The notes under the pieces were generated by a model. That model was given only the letters and a program-made list of their open reading frames with translations, was not told the DNA's origin and searched no databases. From assembly GCA_964558705.1 (NCBI GenBank), contig CAZLFC010000004.1:1-38404 (forward strand): 38,404 bases of DNA, read 5' to 3'. The stretch is from an uncultured Dehalococcoidales bacterium (GTDB taxonomy: Bacteria; Chloroflexota; Dehalococcoidia; Dehalococcoidales; GCA-2688105). This document shows, one piece after another, positions 9,129-17,193 of this stretch. Every line of letters begins with the position of its first letter. Position 1 is the stretch's first letter. The position numbers and the translations under genes are program-made.

Positions 9129-10109
9129 ATGAAAAAGCGGGTATTCTCTGGCATCCAGCCAACAGGCGACATCCATATTGGTAACTATCTGGCGGCAATC
9201 AAGCACTGGGTAGCGTCACAAGCCGAATACGACAGTGTATTTTGTGTGGTTGACCTGCACGCTATCACTGTCCCCCAGGAACCAAATATTCTAAAGGCAA
9301 AGACACGTGAGGTAGCCGGTCTGCTGCTCGCCGCCGGCATAGACCAAAAACAATCCATACTTTTTGTTCAATCTCATGTCAGCGAGCATACTGAACTGAC
9401 CTGGATACTCAACTGTTACGCTCTTATGGGATGGATGCAGCGGATGACCCAGTTTAAACAGAAAAAGAAAGAACAGGAGCAAATCAGTGTTGGCCTGTTT
9501 GATTACCCGGCACTTATGGCGGCCGATATACTGCTCTATAATACCGACCTCGTGCCGGTAGGCGAGGACCAGAAACAACATGTGGAATTCACCCGGGATG
9601 TCGCCCAGCGATTCAACTCAATATATGGAGAAACTTTTACGATACCGAAGCCGCTCATTCCGGAGACAGGCGCCCGCATTATGGGGCTTGACGACCCCAC
9701 CGGTAAAATGAGCAAGAGTGAAGAAGGTTCAGGTCATGCCATCAACCTGCTGGACTCACCGGACGACATCCGAGCCAAGGTTATGCGCGCCACCACCGAC
9801 TCACTGCGCGAGATTCGTTTTGATGAGAACCGGCCCGGCATCAATAACCTCCTGGTGATTTATGAACTCTTCACCGGGCTCAGCAGGCCTGATATAGAAG
9901 CCAGGTTTGAGGGGAAGGGATATGCCGTTCTCAAGAAAGAGCTGGCCGAGGTAATAGTTGACAACCTCGCTCCCCTGCAGTCCCGTTACCGGGAAATTAC
10001 CGCCGACCCGGCATATCTTGACTCTTTGCTGGCCGAGGGAGCCTCTAAAGCCCGACCAATAGCCGAGAAAACACTATCCACCGTTAAGGAAAAAATCGGA
10101 CTCGGGTGA
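9129..10109 (+). CDS. trpS: Tryptophan--tRNA ligase
   Basis: Class I motifs are GIQPTGDIHIGNY (HIGH) and KMSKS. The 326-aa length is typical. Confidence 0.92.
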   Translation: MKKRVFSGIQPTGDIHIGNYLAAIKHWVASQAEYDSVFCVVDLHAITVPQEPNILKAKTREVAGLLLAAGIDQKQSILFVQSHVSEHTELTWILNCYALMGWMQRMTQFKQKKKEQEQISVGLFDYPALMAADILLYNTDLVPVGEDQKQHVEFTRDVAQRFNSIYGETFTIPKPLIPETGARIMGLDDPTGKMSKSEEGSGHAINLLDSPDDIRAKVMRATTDSLREIRFDENRPGINNLLVIYELFTGLSRPDIEARFEGKGYAVLKKELAEVIVDNLAPLQSRYREITADPAYLDSLLAEGASKARPIAEKTLSTVKEKIGLG

Positions 10110-10115
10110 ACACAA

Positions 10116-10526
10116 ATGAAGCGGTTTCAACTAATAGAACACACCGCCGATACCGGTCTGGTAGCCTATGGCGGTAGCCTCGCTGAGGCGTTCGCTAATG
10201 CTGCTTACGGTCTCTTCTCAATAATCACCGAAGTTAACAAAGTAAGAGAGGTCGAATCGCTTTCAGTAACGGTAAACGCTGAAGATACTGAGAGCCTGCT
10301 GTTTAACTGGCTTAACCACCTCATTTATATCTTTGATGTAGAGCATCTTCTACTTAAAAGATTTGATATCACCGACATTACGGAGCAAAACCTGAAGGCT
10401 GTCTGCCGGGGAGAAAAGTATGACCCCACCCGCCACCAGCTGAAGACGGGAGTAAAATCAGCCACTTATCATATGCTCAAAGTGGATAGCGACAAAAACG
10501 AGGTGCAGGTCATTTTTGACGTCTAG
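10116..10526 (+). CDS. Archease (RtcB activator)
   Basis: 136 aa with the N-terminal EHTADxG motif (LIEHTADTGL). It ends SATYHMLKV...FDV. It lies immediately upstream of rtcB. Confidence 0.85.
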   Translation: MKRFQLIEHTADTGLVAYGGSLAEAFANAAYGLFSIITEVNKVREVESLSVTVNAEDTESLLFNWLNHLIYIFDVEHLLLKRFDITDITEQNLKAVCRGEKYDPTRHQLKTGVKSATYHMLKVDSDKNEVQVIFDV

Positions 10527-10529
10527 GGG

Positions 10530-11996
10530 GTGAAGCGTTTGAGTCCGTGGACAGGTTCTTTAGAGAAAGTAGACGACTACCGCTGGCGAATACCTAAAAG
10601 CTATAAGCCCGGGATGCGGGTTGACGGATTGATATTTGCCAGCGAGGCGATGGTCAAAGAACTACTGGAAGAACAGGCGGCGGAGCAGGTAGCTAACGTT
10701 GCCTTCCTGCCCGGTATCGTTGGGCACTCTCTGGCCATGCCCGATATTCACTGGGGCTACGGGTTCCCCATCGGCGGCGTGGCGGCAATGAGAATGAAGG
10801 ACGGCGTGGTGTCACCGGGGGGCGTCGGCTTCGATATTAACTGCGGCGTCAGACTGCTACGGACAAACCTCACAGAAGACGAAGTCCGCCCCAGGATAAA
10901 GGAACTGGTGGAAGCCCTCTATAAAAATGTTCCCTCAGGACTTGGCTCAGAGGGGAGAATCAAGCTGCGGGGCAAGGAAATCGACGAGGTACTGGTCCAA
11001 GGTTCACGCTGGGCGGTGGAAAGGGGGTACGGTCGCGCCGAAGACCTGGAGAGCACTGAAGAGAGTGGTGAGATGTCCGGTGCCGACTCTGCCTGCGTCA
11101 GCCGGAAGGCTAAAGAGCGCGGCGCACCCCAGCTGGGCACCCTGGGTTCGGGCAATCACTTTCTGGAAGTAGCCGTCGTCGACCAGATACAGGATGAGGC
11201 TATCGCCAAAGACATGGGGATAGACCGTATCGGCCAGGTTATGCTGCTGGTACATTGCGGTTCCCGGGGGCTGGGACACCAGACTGCCGACGACTACATC
11301 GGGCAGATGGTGGCAGCCATGAAGAAGTATGACATTGAAGTACCCGACCGCCAACTTGCCTGTGCGCCGCTTAACTCCAGGGAAGGACAGGACTATCTGG
11401 CAGCAATGAGATGTGCCGCCAATTATGCCTGGGCTAACCGCCAGTGCATCGCCCACTGGGTACGGGAGTCATTCTGCAAGGTGATGGGGAAGAGCGAAAA
11501 GGACGCCGGACTGGAGCTTGTCTATGATGTCACCCACAATATCGCCAAGATAGAAGAACACGAGGTCAACGGTAAGAAGGAAAAACTTTGTGTTCATCGT
11601 AAAGGGGCTACCCGGGCTTTCCCTGCCGGACACTCCGATATTCCCCATAAATATGCCCGCGTCGGCCAGCCGGTATTCATCCCGGGGGATATGGGGCGAT
11701 TCTCCTACATCCTAGTGGGCACCGAGCGGGCAATGAAAGAGACCTTCGGTTCCACCTGCCACGGCGCCGGCAGAGTCAAGAGTCGTGCTGCTGCCAAGCG
11801 TTTGCTAAGAGGTGAAGATGTTCGCAGAGACCTTGAATCCCGTGGCATAAGCATCAGAGCGGGCAGTCTAAAAAGCCTCGCCGAGGAAGCATCACAGGCT
11901 TACAAGGATGTGAGTGCAGTGGTCAAGGTAACGCACAACGCCGGCATCTCGCGAATCGTTGCCCGCACCAAACCTATTGGCGTGATAAAAGGTTAA
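10530..11996 (+). CDS. rtcB: RNA-splicing ligase RtcB
   Basis: 488 aa with a GTG start. RtcB motifs are present (MPDxHxGYG, GVGFDINCG, GSGNHF, GSRGLGHQ, HNxA, CHGAGR). Confidence 0.92.
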   Translation: MKRLSPWTGSLEKVDDYRWRIPKSYKPGMRVDGLIFASEAMVKELLEEQAAEQVANVAFLPGIVGHSLAMPDIHWGYGFPIGGVAAMRMKDGVVSPGGVGFDINCGVRLLRTNLTEDEVRPRIKELVEALYKNVPSGLGSEGRIKLRGKEIDEVLVQGSRWAVERGYGRAEDLESTEESGEMSGADSACVSRKAKERGAPQLGTLGSGNHFLEVAVVDQIQDEAIAKDMGIDRIGQVMLLVHCGSRGLGHQTADDYIGQMVAAMKKYDIEVPDRQLACAPLNSREGQDYLAAMRCAANYAWANRQCIAHWVRESFCKVMGKSEKDAGLELVYDVTHNIAKIEEHEVNGKKEKLCVHRKGATRAFPAGHSDIPHKYARVGQPVFIPGDMGRFSYILVGTERAMKETFGSTCHGAGRVKSRAAAKRLLRGEDVRRDLESRGISIRAGSLKSLAEEASQAYKDVSAVVKVTHNAGISRIVARTKPIGVIKG

Positions 11997-12018
11997 GGTG
12001 ATTTTAACTCCAGCATGC

Positions 12019-13971
12019 TCATCCGGGCATTCTTAAGGTTATGGTAGTACCCACTCCCGCTACTGATTGCACGACCATGGTGCCACCGACCAAGCGAGCC
12101 CTTTCCCGCATCCCTATTATACCCAGCCTACCGGATAGAACCAAATCGCTTGTGCGCGACGGCATATCAAACCCTTTGCCATTATCGTTTATGACTAGAG
12201 TCAGCGCGTCATCGCTGAAATCTATCGTCATTTCAACTAACAACGCCTCGGAGTGTCTTTTTACATTGCTCAGCGATTCCTGAGCGATACGGAAAACAGC
12301 CAGCTCTTTTTCCTGTGAAAGACGGCGTTGACCACCGGTAATACCGACCTCTGTCACTATGTTATCCCGCTCCTCAAGGTCGGCGGCAAGCCACTCCAAA
12401 GCTGGCACCAAGCCCAGGTCGTCCAGTATCGACGGTCTGAGGTCCTGGCTAAAGCGACGCACCCCTTCCAAAGCGGAGTCAGCCATACCATGTAGCTTCT
12501 CCAGTTGCTCTGTTACCGGCTTCGATATCTTCCTCTTACCTGATACAATGGTGTCAAGGCCACGGGACAGACCGGCTAAAATCTGGGCGGTGTCATCGTG
12601 AAGCTCCTGGGAGATGCGCAAGCGCTCGTCCTCCTGGGCTCTGGTTATCTGTGTCACATAATAATCCATATTATGTCGCAGCCGCCTTTCCTCAGACACA
12701 TCCCGGACGATAACCTGTAGTCCAATTATTTGAGCACCCCTTAACAAAGGACTGACTTTAAGCTCAATAAATGCTTCCGTTCCATCCTTTCTAACCAAAC
12801 GAAGCTCCTCGGTCTCTCCAACCGTTACTCTCTCCAGTCCCTCTGAAAACAATCGTTTAACCATCTCCAGGCTTATTCCAGAGAAAAGCTCATAGATAGT
12901 AGTAGTAGACGATAGCTCCTCTCTAGTATAGCCGGTAAGTCGTTCACAGGCTCTATTAACTGAGATGATTCTCCCGGCAGTAGAGCAGACAAGAATCGCC
13001 TCACCCGCATTCTCAAACAGCCCTCGATAACGCTCCTCAGAGAGTCGAAGCCGCTGCGTGATAACCCTTTCATTAAGATGAAGTCGCGCATGCCCGATAG
13101 TAATCCCGATCTGGTTGCCCAGAGCAGTAAGCATCTCCAGCTTCCCCCTAGGGTCATGCCGGTTATCCCCTGCTATACCTAATGACCCCTGAGCACCTGC
13201 CCTGGTGCGCAATGGTACCACTAGTAAGGATCCTATATTTTCCCTCCCCACCATCCTTAAACCAACCTCCCGTAAGCCCTCTGTCATTACAATTGGCTTC
13301 CCGGTCTGAACCACACGACCGTCAGGATTCTCTCCCAACTTGACTCGCCGGGCATCGATGACAAACTGTGAGGATAGACCGTGATGAGCGCTAAGGACAA
13401 GGTTATCAGCTTCCTCGTCCCTGAGATATATCCACCCTACCTCAGCCCCGGTAGCTTCCAGGACTTTATCCAAGGCGTTATTTACAATCTGATTCAAATT
13501 TAAACTTTGATAAACCATAGTGGCAATAGCATGAAGTGAAGTCAGCTGCTGCTGCTGGTTCTTAATAGTTTGCAGTGAATCAATAAGCTCCTGCTGGGTA
13601 TCATCCAGTCGATAAGCAACCTGCCTTTCTTTATCAATCAACCAGCTTACCAGTAACCCGATGAACAGGAAAGCAGTAGTCTCCGCTATTGCCTCCGGCC
13701 TCTGAAAAGAAACTATCAAAGCCCGAGGGAAAAGAGCCAGGCTGATAAAAATAGCAGTGATAACTCCCCCGCGAAACCGGAAAATGAAAGCAGCATAAGC
13801 TACCGGAATGATAGACAGGATACGATGTGTTGAATAGCGAGCAAACACAATCGGTGACTGAGTCGCCATGTCCCGAAGCATGGGAATCTGGTCAGCGTAA
13901 TAGACGATGGCGCCACAGGTCATGATGGCTAAAATAATCCAGAGGTGACGATTCCTAAGCACTTGTCCCAC
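12019..13971 (-). CDS. Sensor histidine kinase: membrane domain, GAF, PAS, HisKA_3 and HATPase
   Basis: The N-terminus has 4 hydrophobic helices. GAF-like and PAS-like regions follow. The H-box is ELHDDTAQ (HisKA_3), and the C-terminal ATPase has (NDNGKGF, GLIGMRERA). Confidence 0.85.
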   Translation of the reverse strand: MGQVLRNRHLWIILAIMTCGAIVYYADQIPMLRDMATQSPIVFARYSTHRILSIIPVAYAAFIFRFRGGVITAIFISLALFPRALIVSFQRPEAIAETTAFLFIGLLVSWLIDKERQVAYRLDDTQQELIDSLQTIKNQQQQLTSLHAIATMVYQSLNLNQIVNNALDKVLEATGAEVGWIYLRDEEADNLVLSAHHGLSSQFVIDARRVKLGENPDGRVVQTGKPIVMTEGLREVGLRMVGRENIGSLLVVPLRTRAGAQGSLGIAGDNRHDPRGKLEMLTALGNQIGITIGHARLHLNERVITQRLRLSEERYRGLFENAGEAILVCSTAGRIISVNRACERLTGYTREELSSTTTIYELFSGISLEMVKRLFSEGLERVTVGETEELRLVRKDGTEAFIELKVSPLLRGAQIIGLQVIVRDVSEERRLRHNMDYYVTQITRAQEDERLRISQELHDDTAQILAGLSRGLDTIVSGKRKISKPVTEQLEKLHGMADSALEGVRRFSQDLRPSILDDLGLVPALEWLAADLEERDNIVTEVGITGGQRRLSQEKELAVFRIAQESLSNVKRHSEALLVEMTIDFSDDALTLVINDNGKGFDMPSRTSDLVLSGRLGIIGMRERARLVGGTMVVQSVAGVGTTITLRMPG

Positions 13972-13995
13972 CAGAGGCCTCCTCTCAGCTACATC

Positions 13996-14661
13996 CTAGG
14001 CAATATCATCCAACGTAAGCCAGCCCCTTCTTAGCGCCTCCAATATGGCTTCAGTTCTCGAGCCCACATCTATTTTGCGGAAAATATTAGCCAGGTGAGC
14101 CTGCACGGTGCGCCTGCTCAGGAATAGTTTGTCAGCGATATCCTGGTTACTCATACCCCTCCCCGCCAATTTGAGTATCTCCATCTCCCGCTCGCTGAGG
14201 TCCTGAGCTTGCACTGACTCGCCTGACTCCTGCCCAGCACCAGCGAAACGATTGAAAACCTTGCGGGCGATGACCGGATGGAGTACCGACTCGCCGGCAT
14301 ATACGGCATGAATGGCATTGACCAACTCCTTGCCGCTAACATTCTTCAGCAGGTAACCGGCCGCCCCTGCCTCTAAGAGAGCCCAGATATACTGGTCGTT
14401 GTCATAGGCAGTAAGGATTAAAACGGCTGTAGCCGGGTAGTGTGCTTTAATCTGCCTTGTAGCCTCAATACCATTGACCTTGGGCATAGCGATATCTATT
14501 AAAGCAACGTGAGGGTGAAGCCTGGTTACCAGCTCAACAGCTTCTTCCCCGTCACTAGCTTCCCCAACAACCTCTATGTCCCGCTCCCGTTTGATGAGAT
14601 TGCAGGTACCTTCACGGAACAGGACATGATCATCAGCGAGAATAACCTTAATCTTGTTCAT
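13996..14661 (-). CDS. NarL/LuxR-family response regulator
   Basis: REC domain (ILADDH...IDIAMP...KP-like) plus a C-terminal LuxR HTH (LSEREMEILKLAGRGMSNQDIADKLFLSRRTVQAH). Confidence 0.9.
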   Translation of the reverse strand: MNKIKVILADDHVLFREGTCNLIKRERDIEVVGEASDGEEAVELVTRLHPHVALIDIAMPKVNGIEATRQIKAHYPATAVLILTAYDNDQYIWALLEAGAAGYLLKNVSGKELVNAIHAVYAGESVLHPVIARKVFNRFAGAGQESGESVQAQDLSEREMEILKLAGRGMSNQDIADKLFLSRRTVQAHLANIFRKIDVGSRTEAILEALRRGWLTLDDIA

Positions 14662-14791
14662 CTAATCGCTACCAGCATTGGCTGAGAACGTTATCTCCAA
14701 TCCCAATTATAGCCCCTGCTAACAAATAGTTCAAAGGAAATAATTCCCCCCGGGCAGGGTAAAGCAAAACTTAACAAAATACCTAGCCGAA

Positions 14792-14824
14792 ATGCACAAA
14801 TTGCCTAGTCGGAAAATAAGCCAA
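14792..14824. promoter_or_regulatory. Direct repeat cctagNcgRaaa x2 in the divergent intergenic region (candidate operator)
   Basis: cctagccgaaat (14792..14803) and cctagtcggaaa (14813..14824) match at 9/12 with 21-bp spacing. They lie about 100 nt upstream of the fdh-operon start. Confidence 0.2.
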
Positions 14825-14911
14825 GAGCGCAAACTAAATTAGGTCAGGGGACGGATGAAGCAACAACCATTGAGTGTTAAGCTGAGGATGTAAGGAGAAA
14901 AACAACAGGGG

Positions 14912-15274
14912 GTGATAGAAATGCAGAAACCAATCGCTTCAGAAACACAAGGTAAAGGTTATCTCGAAGTCACAACAATGATTGAGGAGTTAGAGAAGGA
15001 TTTACCGGAAAAACCGGCTCCAGTAGTAGAAAGAAAAGCACCGGCCGGTAAAGAGGCTATTCTGGAAATTCTGGGTAAAGCCGCTGATGACCCCAAGTTC
15101 CTCGCCCGCTTAGCCGAGAACCCAATCAAGGTACTCGAAGAGTACCATTTAACCGTAGAGGAAAAGGCGGCTCTGGCTACAGGCGACCTGCGCCGCATAG
15201 AAAAATGGGTCGGCAAACTGGACGAGCGGCTGAGCACCTGGATATGGTGCCGTCTCCAGCAGGAGAAATGGTAA
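14912..15274 (+). CDS. Small protein whose C-terminal roughly 60 aa are paralogous to the FdhA C-terminal extension
   Basis: GTG 14912 or ATG 14921 (aggag upstream). The C-terminus is FLARLAENP..LT.EEKAALATGDLRRIEKWVGKLDERL...QEKW. By my manual alignment, about 40/62 residues are identical to the last 62 aa of the 17190..20138 ORF. Confidence 0.6.
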   Translation: MIEMQKPIASETQGKGYLEVTTMIEELEKDLPEKPAPVVERKAPAGKEAILEILGKAADDPKFLARLAENPIKVLEEYHLTVEEKAALATGDLRRIEKWVGKLDERLSTWIWCRLQQEKW

Positions 15275-15319
15275 TCGCCACCGCAATTTGCCACCGCGAA
15301 TACCAAAAGGAGAAACAAA

Positions 15320-15877
15320 ATGGCTGGTAAAAACGGAGGACGGCTAACCAGAGCAGAGGCAGAGGGGGTATCCTACAAACTTCCCGATGGTGAACAGAGT
15401 AAGGTTTTTGAAGAAGGCTTCCGCCCCCTCCGCGATGAGCCCGGTGCGTTACTGGAAATGCTGTACCTGGCACAGGAGAGCTTCGGTTGCCTCCCCAAAG
15501 CAGTCCTGGGCTGGATAGCCCAGGAGGCCAAGATACCCCGCAGTGAGGTCTTCTCAACAGCAACCTTTTATTCCCTCTTCTCCCTGAAGCCGGAAGCCAA
15601 GTATATCATCAGAGCCTGTGATTGCCTGTCCTGCTATCTTAACGGAGGTAAAGTGGCATTAGCCGCTATTCGTGATGCGGCAGGCATACCGGAAGGAAAA
15701 ACGGCAAGTGAGGACAGTCTTTTTTCACTTGAGACTGTCTCCTGCCTCGGCCTTTGCGACCAATCACCGGCAATAATGATTAACCAGGATAGATACGGGC
15801 TACTTGATGCTGACAAAGCTCGCCACATTATTGCCAGTCTGCGAAGCAAAGAATCCATTAAGGAAGGCAACCAATGA
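15320..15877 (+). CDS. nuoE: NuoE/HndA-like [2Fe-2S] subunit (FdsG-like) of a NAD-linked formate dehydrogenase
   Basis: Thioredoxin-like 2Fe-2S Cys pattern (CDCLSC ... CLGLCDQSP). An aggag RBS is present. The stop overlaps the next ATG (ATGA). Confidence 0.8.
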   Translation: MAGKNGGRLTRAEAEGVSYKLPDGEQSKVFEEGFRPLRDEPGALLEMLYLAQESFGCLPKAVLGWIAQEAKIPRSEVFSTATFYSLFSLKPEAKYIIRACDCLSCYLNGGKVALAAIRDAAGIPEGKTASEDSLFSLETVSCLGLCDQSPAIMINQDRYGLLDADKARHIIASLRSKESIKEGNQ

Positions 15878-17193
15878 ACGAGAAAGTAGCTTACAAAAAC
15901 ATTGGCAAACTGGATTCGGAAACCCTTCAAGGCTACCTGGGCAGTGGTGGCTACAAAGTGCTGCGGAAACTGGTGAAGGAGAAAACTCCGTCTCAAGTAA
16001 TTGAGGAAATTAAGCAGAGCGGTCTCCGCGGCTGTGGCGGCGCCGGTTTTCCCACCGGGGTTAAATGGGAATTCGTGGCGCAGACCACCGCGACACCGAA
16101 ATATGTAGTCTGCAACGCCGATGAAGGGGAACCGGGCACATTTAAAGATAGAGCCATCTTAGAACAGGACCCCCATCTGCTCATTGAAGGAATGGCTACC
16201 GCCGGCTTTGCCGTTGGTGCCGAGACCGGCTATATCTATGTAAGAGGAGAATATACCCTGGCCTGGAAGCACTTAAGGCAGGCTATCGACGAAGCCTATG
16301 AGAATAATATCCTGGGCGACGGTATATTCGGCAGCCGGGTGAATTTCCATATAAAGTTGCGCCGCGGTGCCGGCAGTTACATCTGCGGCGAGGAAACCGC
16401 GTTAATCGAGTCGCTGGAAGGCAAGAGAGGCATACCCCGCCTCAGACCCCCCTACCCCACCACCCACGGTTTATGGGGACAGCCCACTCTGGTCAACAAT
16501 GTGGAGACACTGGCGCGGGTCCCCGTCATTATGGAAAAAGGAGCCGGGTGGTACCAGGACCTGGGCAGAGGCGAGACTGCCGGAACCAAATTGTACTGTA
16601 TCAGCGGCCACATCCTTAAACCCGGTGTCTATGAGCTGCCTATGGGAGTAACCGCCCGCGAACTGATTTACGAGCATGGCGGCGGCATCAAGAATAATAA
16701 AAAGTTGAAGGCATTCAGCCCCGGCGGTATATCCAGCGGCATATTACCAGCCGAAATGGTTGACATCTCCCTGGACTACGCCCCCCTGGCTGAGGCCGGT
16801 TCTATGCTTGGCTCCGGGGCAATGATAGTAATGGATGAAACAACCTGTATGGTAGATATGGTATTACGTGCCTCACACTTCTTCGTTCACGAGTGCTGCG
16901 GCGAGTGCACCCCGTGTCGCGTCGGCAACATCAGAATAGAGCGACTCCTGACCAACATCGCCAACGGACAAGGCTCCTGGGACGATGTTCAGCTACTGCA
17001 AGAACTCGGTGAGCGCATGCGCATCGACTCTCGCTGCGGTCTGGGACAATCGGCAGCTCTTCCCTTCTTGAGCTCCCTGACTCACTTTGAAGAGGAATTC
17101 CGCGCTCATGTAGAGGCGAAGAAATGCCCCGCCGGAGTTTGCTCAATCGCACCTGTGGCTGCCCCGTATCAGCCGGAGGAGGTGACCATATGA
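15874..17193 (+). CDS. nuoF: NuoF-like NAD(H)/FMN/[4Fe-4S] subunit (FdsB-like)
   Basis: GLRGCGGAGFPTGVKW, an FMN/NADH site (NADEGEPGTFKDR) and a 4Fe-4S motif (ECCGECTPCR). An ATGA overlap occurs at both ends. Confidence 0.88.
   Translation: MNEKVAYKNIGKLDSETLQGYLGSGGYKVLRKLVKEKTPSQVIEEIKQSGLRGCGGAGFPTGVKWEFVAQTTATPKYVVCNADEGEPGTFKDRAILEQDPHLLIEGMATAGFAVGAETGYIYVRGEYTLAWKHLRQAIDEAYENNILGDGIFGSRVNFHIKLRRGAGSYICGEETALIESLEGKRGIPRLRPPYPTTHGLWGQPTLVNNVETLARVPVIMEKGAGWYQDLGRGETAGTKLYCISGHILKPGVYELPMGVTARELIYEHGGGIKNNKKLKAFSPGGISSGILPAEMVDISLDYAPLAEAGSMLGSGAMIVMDETTCMVDMVLRASHFFVHECCGECTPCRVGNIRIERLLTNIANGQGSWDDVQLLQELGERMRIDSRCGLGQSAALPFLSSLTHFEEEFRAHVEAKKCPAGVCSIAPVAAPYQPEEVTI

Noticed and set aside
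14802-14814. ATGCACAAATTGC as a sigma-54 promoter for the fdh operon
   Set aside because: There is no GG dinucleotide, and the spacer is too short: 3 nt between TGCAC and TTGC instead of 5.
17124-17189. The 22-codon N-terminal extension of FdhA in the ORF track
   Set aside because: It lies wholly inside the nuoF coding region. ATG 17190 has a strong ggaggaggtg RBS and an ATGA stop-start overlap, and MTMATQEKTITISIDN is a typical NuoG-like start.
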